Positions 51,794 to 62,962 of a stretch of 64,000 nt of DNA are shown here, in pieces; the first letter of the stretch is position 1; the number at the start of each line of letters is the position of its first letter. The stretch covers positions 186,001 to 250,000 of the forward strand of contig NIVC01000604.1 in assembly GCA_002269645.1 (NCBI GenBank), read 5' to 3'. Both the position numbers and the translations under genes were made by a program. Below the pieces are notes generated by a model, which saw nothing but the letters and a program-made list of their open reading frames with translations, did no database searches and was not told the origin of the DNA. Source of the DNA: Macrostomum lignano (Eukaryota).

Positions 51794-53204
51794 TGATGAG
51801 GAACTTTTTCTGAGCTCAAGCCTGCAGCGCGTCTGCTTCTTTGATCAGAACGGTGGCTGTTTTGCTGGGTGAAATGAATTAATTCAAGTCAAAGCGGGAG
51901 ATCATTATTTAACATTCGCGCCAAAGTCTTCAATTAACCCCCATCCCCGATGGCTGCTTCTGAGGTTGCCAGAAACCCAGCAGCCCAGTCTCTCTGCCTC
52001 ATCACTTTTCAATAAGGACTGCCAGGGCGGCAACCTGTAGCGCTCTCTGCAGCAATAACCTGTTGCATTTGGTTGGCTCTAAGGTGTACAGCAAATTCAC
52101 TTAGGACCCAAATTGCTGTTGGACACCATCTTGACCCACGTTGACCTTGGCTGTCCAGACATTTGTCAGTCCGCTCCTCTCCTGAGCTCAAATCTGCAGT
52201 TTCTGCCACAGCTGAGTCGAAAGTAAATAAAGTATTCCAGTGCCGCAATAATTGCTGCTTTCGCGGCAGCAAAAATAATAGCAATTTTTCGGATTTCCCT
52301 TGTCAGTATTTGTCACGTTAGACCCGCCGCTTACTACTGCGACTAGTGTGCAATGCATTCTGCCTGCTCCCCCTTATCTATATTCGCACTGCTCAGCTGT
52401 TTCAGAAATCATGAAAAAAATGTCAGAAAAACGCCTGAAGGCACCCAGTAACAAGCTGAATTTCTGCTTTCTCATTCTGTTTTTTCCTCCTACTAATTGC
52501 GGCAATTTTCCTTCCGTAATTCCGCCGTTTGTTTCTGTTTATCGGTTCTGTTGACAACAAAAAATAAATATTTGAACGCGCGAGTTTCGTACATACTACT
52601 TACTAGCGCCAGGCTAGTAGCAATAAACGTAAATAATTCTGAAAATTGACTTTAAAATATTTTTAACAAAAATGTAAGGAATCGGATGGGTAGCCACTGA
52701 AGGATAGCTGGAGCTAGCAGAGAGCACTGAGATAACAGAGAGCAGTGAAGTACAATATTGGAGATGGTAATGGTAACTTCTAGTGGCCCTTGCTTCAAGA
52801 AACTTTTTTTTAGATGAGAGCGTTCAAGATAAATAGGAAATCACGAATCGTCCCAACTGTAGTTCCTGCAGCTCAGGTCAGGTGACAAGGCCGCCGATCA
52901 ACTCAAATCAACTCGATCAGCTCATGCGCTACCTTCGAGCCACACGCAGTAAATTCAAAACCGAAGAACCCACCTGGACGGCACGGCAGCAACCCCCCGT
53001 CCATAGCGACGACGCGTCGGCCGTTCAGTAATTAGCGGAATGGGCGTCCGTGCCTTCCCGCTGTGTCCCCCCGGGACTGCCTTGTAAGTACAGTAAGTCA
53101 AGTAAGTCAAAGAGTCAACTGCAAGAGCAATGAGCATATTAGGCCCCAGCTACTAGCATATGCAACTTCAAGCTTGTGACTGTAAGTATTGAATAAGACA
53201 GATT

Positions 53205-54049
53205 TCTCCTGCAGAGGACGGCTTTCTACTGCAAAGGCGCACCGGTCGGCGACACCCGGAGAAGAGGCTGTCCCTCCTCGGCTACGCGGACGACCTCGCC
53301 CTGCTGTCCACGACGGTCGAAGGCGCCCAACGGCTGCTGGATGGCCTGACTGTGGCGGCTGCGAGGTTCGGCCACGTCATCAACGCCAAAAAGACCGAGG
53401 TGCTGACGGTGCCCCACGATCTACCCACCGAGATTCGACTCAGAGACGGCGATGGCCCTGGGACGGTGCTCCCGAGGTGCGCTCAGTTCCTCTACCTCGG
53501 CGGGCTGGTGCCGGACGTCAGCGACGATCTGGCGAGATGGCGCGGCAAGGCCTGGGCCGCCTTTCGATCTGTTCGGGCGGTGCTGCTCTCAAAGGCCCTG
53601 TCGGTCAGCGCCAGGTAACAGCTGTTCCAGGCTGTTGTTGAGACCGCTCGACGCGGCGCATGCGGCTCTGGTTCGTGCCGCGTTCGGCGCCCGCCGCGGC
53701 CCCGGCAGCGAGACGACCGACTCCCTGTACCAGCGAGCGCGCCTGACGCGGCCTTCTGTCCTGCTAAGCAAGCGACGTCTGCGGCTTGCCGGGCATGTCA
53801 TCCGGGCCGAAGCCTACTGCCCAGAGCCGCTGCAGGACGCCCTACTGGGGACTCCGCAGGGACCGCGCAGGCACGGACAGAGACGAGCGGCTCGCTATAT
53901 CGACCGTCTTTTCGATGATGCGCGAGCCCCCAGCCAGGCAGCCGGCGTGAAGCACGTCAGAGACCTTGCCCTGAAGCGCGCGATTTGACGCCCCCCCCCT
54001 TTGGCCAGTTGTGTGTTCGGCGCGAGGCGTGACATTATTATTATTATTA
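53205..54049 (+). mobile_element. 5'-truncated non-LTR retrotransposon (RTE/RTEX-like), 3' half of RT with (ATT)n tail
   Basis: LGYADDLALLSTTVEGAQRLL...FGHVINAKKTEVL...FLYLG...RGKAWAAF...RRLRLAGHVIR, with frameshifts. (ATT)n tail at 54034-54049. Confidence 0.9.
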
Positions 54050-54668
54050 GATTCCTCGGTTAGTATGAATAGTTTCCTCTATTGGTACTCGTAGATGCCC
54101 AAGTTAGTGGAATGGGCAGCAATGCCTCTCGCCGGTTGTGCGACAATATTGCTTAAAGTGCGCCAAGGTGCACACAGTACACAGTCGCCTTTAATAAAAA
54201 GCAATTTACCGGTAGGAGCTAGCAGAGATCTCTTAAGTACAATAGGGATAAGCAGAGACCTTGAAGGAAGTCGGACTTGGTTTCAGACCAACTAAATTCC
54301 ATGCAGGAGCTTGGCAGCTTTCTTAGAAAGATACTTATTTGGTGTTACGCCTTTCCATAATATAGGGCCTAAGGTATTTGCTAACGAAGTCAGCTGACCT
54401 CCACCAGCGGTACTTGATTAATTTTCTTCTGAAGAAAATGGGATTAAAATGGCAGAGTTTAGTCTCAAGTCGCATTGGTCTGCCAAAAGTAATTGCTAAC
54501 TCGGTCTGTTTAAACAGTGTTGACCTTGTTTCTATGAGCAAAGCGGCGAGAACAAAGGAAAATACAGATGTTTAAATAGCAATTATTGCAGACATCAATT
54601 TGGAACGAAGGGCGAGGGAGCGAGAGGAAGTTGCACCGCTGGCCCGCAGAGCCTCAATTAGCCACGCT

Positions 54669-54740
54669 CTGATAAGCCGTGCGCTGATAAGCTGGGCTTA
54701 TAAAATGCAAAGTCGACTGATGCGAAGCTCACTCAGTCGC
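54669..54740 (+). promoter_or_regulatory. Candidate core promoter of the neuropeptide gene (2x GATA site, TATA box, Inr)
   Basis: CTGATAAG twice (about 54669 and 54685), TATAAAA at 54699-54705, TCAGT at 54733-54737, about 90 nt before the ATG. Confidence 0.55.
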
Positions 54741-54822
54741 TGGAAGGCTACGATTGTCAATCAGAAAGTTCCCAGTCTTAGTTGAGCAGAGAACTTTAAA
54801 AAATTCTACTGAAGGAAACTTC

Positions 54823-55095
54823 ATGCCAGCTTTGATGCATCTTCGAGGCGCTCAGCTGCTGCTGCTGCTACTGCTGCCGATTCTGCTGACGGCTTCGCCG
54901 GCCGCTCATCCGCAGGCCACCGCGCCCAGCCCGCGGCAGGTCCTGGCGCACCATCCGCCGCAGGGGCCGGTCCCGGTCTCGAATCCCTGCCCGAAGCCGA
55001 AGCCGCCGGGCAGCGAGAAGGAGCTCCGGGACTACTTGAAGTGCCTGGAGAAGTACTTCGATTCTGAGAAGGGCGGCTGGTGGGGCCGGCGCTGA
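54823..55095 (+). CDS. NPY/NPF-fold neuropeptide prohormone, divergent (GGWW-amide)
   Basis: Hydrophobic signal peptide ([17 protein letters not shown]), Pro-rich segment, then helix SEKELRDYLKCLEKY with Tyr at -17 and -10 from the amidated end, then G-RR-stop. Confidence 0.82.
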   Translation: MPALMHLRGAQLLLLLLLPILLTASPAAHPQATAPSPRQVLAHHPPQGPVPVSNPCPKPKPPGSEKELRDYLKCLEKYFDSEKGGWWGRR

Positions 55096-55887
55096 TAAGA
55101 GAGAAACTCGGACAGCCTCAGCGCAGTAATGCTATATTCCTATATTTCTCTCGATATTATATTTTCTTGCAGCTGTCGCTACAGAGTTTTGCGCAAGACA
55201 GGAAAAACAAACATTTTAAGACTTCGAGATAAGATTCCGTAAACTAATTCTTGATCAGCGTTTGCAATATATTTAATGAAAAATACACGTGTCAACGCCA
55301 TTCTCACCATAATGGTAATCTTCGTTGGAATAACTCGGTGATTAATTATTTGGGCTCTAATTGCAATAATTGACAGGCCATAGTTAAGGTACTAACCTCT
55401 CATCATCAGTAGTACAGTCACATGATAAAGAAACGAGGATATGCCACGCGGAGACTATAAACATATGGTTAACAGAACGATAAGAAAACAAGGATATGCC
55501 AGTCTGAAAAAAGGCATATTAAAAGTCTACAGATTGATGTTCGGTGCAACACGCATACATTTCTACACACTGATAGCGCAGAGAACGGTCGGATAAAATA
55601 CAAGGACCAAACTGAATGCATGTATAGATCGGCGAGTTTTATCAGTTGATCCTTCTATCCGTCTGACTGCATTCCGAAAATAAGTTTGCATTCAAGTCTG
55701 GTAAATTTGGAGAAGAAAAGAACGGGTAATTATCAATTGTATCGAGGATATACCTTATTCTGCATTTTGACGAAATTCTTGAAATTTAATATTGATTTTA
55801 CTTTATTTGTTTTATGCTCAAAACCATAAATATCGCGATCGGAGTCATCCCCGGCTCATTCTAAACTTCTATAAACAACAACAAATT

Positions 55888-57050
55888 ACGCAGCCCTGTG
55901 AGGATCTGTGTCAATGTACCGCGTTGCTGCCGGAATCCGTTCTGCTCGTACCGCAGGTACGGGTCCAGCACCGACTGCAGACGATCGAGCAGCAGCCGGT
56001 TGAAGAGCTTTGCGGTGCAGGACATCAGCGAGATCCCGCGGTGGTCTTCTTTCCGCGTTGTCCCTGCATTCTTCGGGATCGGCACGATGTGCGCAATTGT
56101 CCACTCGGTGGGCGCAGGAGCGCCGGCGAGCACGCGGTTCATGACGCCTGTGACCTGGGAAGTCACACAGCGGAGCCGCAGCGCTTCGACTGGGACTTCG
56201 TCAGGGTCGAGCGCCTTGCCGCCTGATGTTTTCCGAACGAACAGCACAACGTCCTGGGCTGGTGACTGGGCTGGTGCAGAAGTCCTCCTCAGCTTTCTGC
56301 GCCCCGTCAGAGTCCGGACGGCCGTCCACACTGCGTGGCTCTTCACGTCGGGGCCGGCTGCAGTGATGGACCTGACGGCGTCGTCGACAGCGGTCTGCTG
56401 CCGCTCTTCTAGAAGGCGCTCAAACGCGTCTTCAGCGTTACCCGTGGGCCACCGTTTCTTCGGAGTCACTCGATGTTGCAAGCCGTGCTTGCCTGATGGT
56501 CGGGTCGACCCGCATCAGTCGCAGGAACAGCGAAGCGCAGTGCACGCTCTGCCGAAGGCGCGGTCCGCGGTCGTCTGCGAACGTGTACAGGAGGCTCCAA
56601 CCGTCTCCAAAGGTCCTCAAAGTGGAGCACCAGCTCAGCCACGATAGAAAACCTCGTGCAGAATGATAAGGTCCAGATGTAGGTCGTGGGTCAGCTGGAC
56701 GAGGATCATGCGACACCAGGGGGCATTAGAGTTCGGCAGTTCATCGTGCCGAGTCTAAGGCGTCCACCTGGTACAGCTGGGGCCAGATGAAGGTTGGCCT
56801 CATGGTCCCCGGCTCCACCCGGCGGATCCATAGTTGGAGTTGCAGGGACTCGGGGCAACAGGCGCCTGACCGCGACACGGAGTAGCCCTCGCCGGTTGCG
56901 CTCGCGCTGCCGTTCAGTGCGACGTTGCGCGCTGCGCCGACCTTTGCGAGTCGCTGCTGTGCTGAACTTTGCTGCCGCAGCCGAAGCGCGGCCGTCCGAG
57001 CCAACCGAGGTCATCCGCGGCCTGATGATCTGGCCGCGATGCCAGGTGTC
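55888..57050 (-). mobile_element. Internally deleted non-LTR retrotransposon, 5' part (APE N-terminus and first RT motifs)
   Basis: RLGTMNCRTL (APE start), then GKALDPDEVPVEAL...WTIAHIVPIPK...DHRGISLMSCTAKLFNRLL...EQNGFRQQRGT. Confidence 0.9.
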
Positions 57051-57827
57051 AGCACTATTGCACGGGTGTGCAAATATAATGGTTCTAGTGTAATTCTAAA
57101 CTTCTATGTAATTAAAACACGAGTGCGTTTTTCTACATGTATTCCGTACAAAAAAATTCGTTACGCATGATGAGAACTTTAAGAAGTTGAGAGAAAATAA
57201 TTGAGAGAAGAATTTTTTTACCTTTTAAACTTTTTAAACTGAGCGCATACCTGTCAATTCGAAAGTCAGGGCCGCTCTTGTACACCCGGCAGTTGTGTAA
57301 TGTTAGTGTGAGTTTGAGTGTGAGTCGTCTCTGAATTTAAAATTTGTCCGTCGATAAATTTAAATTAACGTCGTCCGTCGGACACATTAAAAACATGTCC
57401 GTCGAGGTCAGTAGTGAAAATAATCGTTGTGATTTCCGAAAAGAAACGTGCTCCGTTCGCGGTAAAATTGTTAGTAAACTATTATTATTTCATTAGGATA
57501 AAAATAAAAATTTCAAATGCATTTTTGAATTTTTATGTCAGTTTTATTTGCAATTTTAATATGAAGTCCTGCAGTAGTTGTTATATGCATTGTGTTCAAT
57601 TCAATTGTCGAGAGAGAGAGAGAATTCCTCACCAAGCACCAAGTTCCAAACCCACAAATTTATATGTTCATTCTAATGAAAGATCTATTAGTATTTGAGT
57701 CAAAGACTTGATTTTTTGATAGCTTAGACTATAAATCTGCTAAAACTTTAAAAAATTATTAATTTAATTTTAAATGTTTCAAAACTATCTTTTCTTTTGT
57801 GTGCTTACACCTGTATAACTTTCACCA

Positions 57828-58008
57828 ACACATTTTCAGACACATCTTCCAACACTTCTTACAACAGTTGAAATGTTGCAAAAAGTGTTGGAAAATTGTT
57901 ATAACAGTTAACTCTCGTTGACACATTTTTAGACACATTTTCTAATTACCTTTCATGACAAATTTTGCAACATTTTAAGTATCAGAAGATGTGTCTGAAA
58001 AGTGTGTG
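57828..58008. repeat. Imperfect inverted-repeat element (MITE-like)
   Basis: CACATTTTCAGACACATCTTC ... GAAGATGTGTCTGAAAAGTGTG, plus an inner AAATGTTGCAA / TTGCAACATTT pair. No TSD identified. Confidence 0.5.
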
Positions 58009-61000
58009 CAAAAAAACAGGTATTTGTCACAATCTTGGCTCTTATTAATTTAAAGTCCTATTTAACCTTGCATTTATTTAAGCCCAAAGTCCAATTAATT
58101 GTTTTAAGCTTCTTAGGGCCCAGAGGAATCTCTAAGCCCAGTCACCAATCACTTTGGCGACAGGTCAAATTTTTTGCCAATGAAACTTTACAATTATACG
58201 TCGTAAAAGCAAAACAAATTTAATGTATATTTAGATATTTAGCTAGGTATATTTATTCTCAATTTAATAAGTAGAAGGCGGGGTTAACAAACACAAGCTC
58301 TAGTGGGGGGTTGTAAATGTGCATGCATTACTATGTACTCGTACATTAACCAATCAGAATGGGGGTTCTCTTTCTCTTTCTTTATTTCTGAGTAACACAG
58401 TGTATGTGCCTATATATGCCAATATGCCAAATAAATTTATAACAATACTTACAATACTATATAATGCAAGTCAATTCATTTTGTACTTTATTGTATTTAT
58501 CGTAAGCATTCATAACAAAGTACAGAAAATTTGTGTTGCTTTTTTAATAAATCCAGATAAATCACACTTTTTAATCATGAAGTTTCATTGGCAACAAATA
58601 TGTCCTTTAGCTGTTATTAATTGTTGCTGAAGTGATCCAAATGTGTTGCTGAAATGACTATTGCCAAAGTGACTGTCGCCAAAATGATTGTAATTCCTAG
58701 GCCTTACCCCACTCTCCTCCCTTAACTTCTAGTTCAGTCATTTTAGTTTTCAAAATGTACATTGCTTAGAAAGATTTATATCTGAACCAATAAACCCCAA
58801 ACCAAATGAGGGAATGAGGGATGACAATGACAAAAGCATTTTTTTCATATTGATGCACTAAGCCATTCTGCTTCATTTTTTAAACCAGCCTTGTCCCTGG
58901 CTATTCCAAGGTTAGGGGCCTTCTCTAAAATAAATGTGTCAAAGGGCTAACCTTTTGTCTTTATAAATATTAGTAGCTGCCATCAAGACTATTCTATTAA
59001 TAAATTACGAGTTTATTATTATTAGAATAAGTCTAAGTATATATATGAATATTTGTCTAAGTATATATTTTTGAGTATTTGTTTGAGTATATAGTGTGTG
59101 AAGTGTTTTTAGAATATCTTTTTAGCCCTTACAAGTATCATTTTTTGTTATTCTGGTAGCATTTACTATTATTCTGGTAGTATTCTAGTAATTTGGCCTG
59201 AGTAGTATATTGGCTTACTGGTATATGTATTGAATGTATTTCCAATCCTGGGTGTTACTGAGATCAGAGGGTCATAGCCTCCAGTTATTCTTACATATAT
59301 CAACTTAGGATCTACTTTGTTTCCTCTCCCACTCCTTGCACTTCTCAGTAGTATCTAATGTATATACTTTGGTCTATTTCACTTTACTTTAGAAAAACAA
59401 TTAACTTGGAAAACACTTCTTAAATATTTCTTGAACAACTCACTATTATATGCTTCACTTATTAGTGCTGCTTTGTAGCTTAAAACCGCAAACCAGGTTG
59501 CCTCTTCTGGCTCCAAAAATGCATCTATTTATACTAATTTTCATTGTTGTTTATAACAAAAATTAAATTGGAAAAATAGTTAGAAAATCATGAAAAGTAA
59601 AACAAAAATTATTGCATATATATAACAATGTTAGATTTCTTTTTTCACAGTGAAATATAAGCAGTCCAACATGATTTGCTTTAAGATGAGCCTAGTCTTA
59701 AGGTTATTAAGACCAGTTTTAGAAGCAAGAAAAAAGAATTTTAATCAAGAGTAGAACCTAAGAAGATACCTATTGAGTACCTTAGCTTACTTCCAGGCAT
59801 GAAAATATAGATATAGCACTGCATAGCTGAAGGGAAATACTTTCAGTCAATAGTGAATATTTATATAATAGTTGCCAAGTATTTTAGTGCCTATGCTTCT
59901 TGTTATCTGGCATTTTGATTTGATTTGATTTTTTATTTGAATTTAATTTTTCTTTGAGTGCCTAATATTTTAAAATAAAAAATTAATAACTTCCTAATAA
60001 AAATTAATTCAAGGATTTTAGTTGAATTCCTTAGAACCCTATCTTGATTAAAACAAAGTTAACACTAGTAAAGGTAGACATCTACTATTTATTGTTTTAA
60101 TAATAAAATATCTTATTAATAATACTCTAATAGGCCTACCTACTAAAGTACTAGAAGAATTTTTGAAATTTGGGTATATAAATTAGTTGTAGTTTTGATA
60201 CAACCATAATTGTTTAAATTTTTTTGACATTTGCTTCAAATTTAAGTTTGATTTTTTAGCTTCCATCTAACTATAAATAGCCAACCACTAGGGGGCATGG
60301 AAAATAGAAGGTTTTAGGGTAGGGATAGTTTTTATAGGGATTAATTCTTAATTTCTTATTGAAATTAAATAAAATTACCCGAAATTTAATAGAAGCATGC
60401 CTAATCTATTATAAAATTTTAAAATAAAATTTAAAATATATAAAATTTTGCCCTAATTAAATAAAACTTAAATTTCAAATCAACCTATAAGAACCCCCAT
60501 AGAAAAGAAATTATAGTCCTTTCAAAACTAGAACTATTTTTACCTAAACTTCAATAGAGACTTAATTAGTATACTATTGAAAATTAGATAGATTAATTTC
60601 TAAAATATAGAAATTATGTTTTATATTTATATATACTAGCAAATTATAACAGTTAAGTGATTAAAAGCGTGATTAAACCAGACTGGACCAAAATTGATTT
60701 GCACTTAGTATTGTACAGTTTTCATTTCCTAAATAAATATATATAACATGGTTCTGTGTGATTAATTGACATGTCTGCCCTGAAAGATGACTGTGGTCGA
60801 AATGCATTGGCAAAAGTCTAAGAAACTAAAATGTTGATTTTGAGTTTTCTCTACTTAATTGTTGTCAAGCAAGCAGCCCTACCAAAGTTAAGTTAATGGT
60901 AGTCATAAAATAAGCTATAGAATATAAGTAGCACAATAGCAAAAGTTAGCTTGCCATTATTAGAAACAGATTAGTAAATATATTAATATCAATAGATAGT

Positions 61001-61292
61001 ATAGAAGAGTTAGTTACTATTAATTAATATATTATTGATGATTTATAAAACTAAATTAGTTGGCAAGAAATGTTGATAAATATAAAACACAATCCTAGCA
61101 AAAGTATTAGCAAATCAAAAAGTGGAAATCAGCAATACAAATTGTGATTAGAATGACAAATGTATATGCCAATGATAGATCCAGGTAGAAGGCAAGAAGG
61201 GTGGCTGTCCACTACTTTTGCTATGGCTGGACTTTGGTACTTTAATTTCAGGATTCTATTCTACAATATTTTTATTGCTTTTATGGTTTGTC

Positions 61293-61493
61293 CAGGGACA
61301 ACTAAAACACCGGGATGGGAAACTGGAGATTTTTATGAGGCTGGTCTTTTTAGCAGCAGTAGAAAATAACCATAGACAACAAAGTAACACAGCGTCGCTC
61401 TAATGAAAATAAGCCAACAAGCCTCGTCAGCTGCTAAAGACCAGCCTTGTAAAAAATTCCTAGTTTCCCGTCCCGGTGTTTGAGTAGTCCCTG
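61293..61493. mobile_element. hAT-type MITE (201 bp) with ~65-bp imperfect TIRs and 8-bp TSD
   Basis: Termini CAGGG...CCCTG. Identical flanking GGTTTGTC at 61285-61292 and 61494-61501. Confidence 0.88.
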
Positions 61494-61900
61494 GGTTTGT
61501 CTTTGTCTGTTTGCAATGTGTCTTTTTTCTTGGATTGTAATAGAATTTCATCAAAAATAGGTACTTTCCTACTAGAACAGAGATGCAAAATCAATAATTA
61601 GTCTTAGTCAAAGCAGAAATTGGCTAGTATAGTATATAAGTGTTATTGTATAGGCCTATTCAGAGCAAGCATTTGAGGAAGGCCCCTCTCATTTTATGTA
61701 CGAAAATCCTTTGTTGGTATGCATTTGCGCAAAACAAAGAAAAACTTTTTGTCATTTTATCATATGTAGCAGTGCTTGTATTACATGTACTATGTTGACT
61801 CACTATTGATTTCCTAGATTAGTTCATGCGCTTACAGTGAATCATATTCATATAATTTGAGCATCTAGACTTATATTTTGTAAAGAGGGTCCTGTATTAC

Positions 61901-62116
61901 TGTAGTGAGTTGCAAGTGTACTTGTATGCGCCAGTCGCTAGAGTGGGGTGGGGGTTGCTATTGTACAGCATGTACGTGCTTTTCACCCACCCCTGTCTCT
62001 ATCTTTTATACCCAGTTATGTAACAATCGTTGTATCGTATTTAACCTGCGTATCGATCTAATAAACGCCAAGAGGCTTCGTCAACTCTCAGTTGTATCTC
62101 TCTGCCTTAGTCTACA
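61901..62116 (+). mobile_element. 5' LTR of a Ty3/Gypsy element
   Basis: TGTAG...CTACA termini, AATAAA at 62060, followed after 2 nt by a PBS. Confidence 0.88.
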
Positions 62117-62118
62117 AC

Positions 62119-62129
62119 TGGTAGCAGAG
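62119..62129 (+). other. Primer binding site complementary to the animal tRNA-iMet 3' end
   Basis: TGGTAGCAGAG is the reverse complement of CUCUGCUACCA. Confidence 0.9.
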
Positions 62130-62143
62130 CAAATTATTCTAGA

Positions 62144-62952
62144 ATGGCTGAGAAAGGTTTGACCGCCAGTGCAGCGCTGCCCAGAGTTTTCAGTACCGGC
62201 AACTTTAAGGAATGGCTGCAGCGTTTCAATGTATGCGCAAAAGTCAACAAGTGGGACACGTGCAAAGCGGAGCGACTGGCCACATTTTTGGATGGCGAGG
62301 CTCTCGTCGTTTATTTGGAACTGTCGGCAGGAGATCAGGCAGACTACGACAAAGTAGTCCAGGCATTGGATGATGCATTCCACCCGAACCGCGAGCACTT
62401 CGCCGTCATGGAGGCGTTCAAATCAAGGAAGATTTTGTCGAATGAGACTCCACGCATGTATCTTTACGAGTTAAAGAAGATGCTCAAAAGCTCCTCCGTG
62501 GACAACAAAGATGCTCAAGAGGCTCTGCTGTTCCATCAGTTCGTCTGTGGCCTTCCCGAATCCGTGAGCTGGCAGATTCGCGCGGACTCCAGCGTTAAGA
62601 CCTCAGAGCAAGCGCTTCAAAAGGCCCAGCTACTGATGCAGCACAGCTCGCCAAGCATCCCAGCAGCAGCGGTGCAACCTCAGTCGAGCCAATCCAGCAA
62701 GTTCAGGAGCTGCGGGACACTGTGCAGAGTCTGCAGGCATCGGTGAGCACCCTGAGTTCCCAGCTGCAGCAGCTGGCAGCCTGTGGAGTGAGGACGAGTA
62801 GCACAACGAGACCGCAGCACCGTTCGAAGTCTGACATCATCTGCTACAACTGCCACAAGGCCGGCCACATTGCCAGAGATTGCTACAGCAGGCGACAGCC
62901 GGGAAACGCCAGAGGCTGGGGTGTGCGGGCCCGCAACCCCGGCCAGCAGTAA
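62144..62952 (+). CDS. Gypsy gag with CCHC zinc knuckle (one internal frameshift near 62695)
   Basis: FKEWLQRFNVCAKVNKW...LATFLDGEAL...Q-RQ/ETPRMYL region, then CYNCHKAGHIARDC in the adjacent frame. Confidence 0.9.
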
Positions 62953-62962
62953 CTGCGGGCCC
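62901..62962 (+). other. -1 ribosomal frameshift signal: G GGA AAC slip site plus H-type pseudoknot
   Basis: Heptamer at 62901-62907 in the gag frame, 6-nt spacer, stem 1 62914-62922 / 62936-62944, stem 2 62927-62935 / 62954-62962. Confidence 0.85.

Noticed and set aside
55859-57106. Direct repeat TTCTAAACTTCTAT on both sides of the minus-strand LINE as a TSD
   Set aside because: The copies are offset by tens of bases from the apparent element ends, so they cannot be assigned as a TSD.
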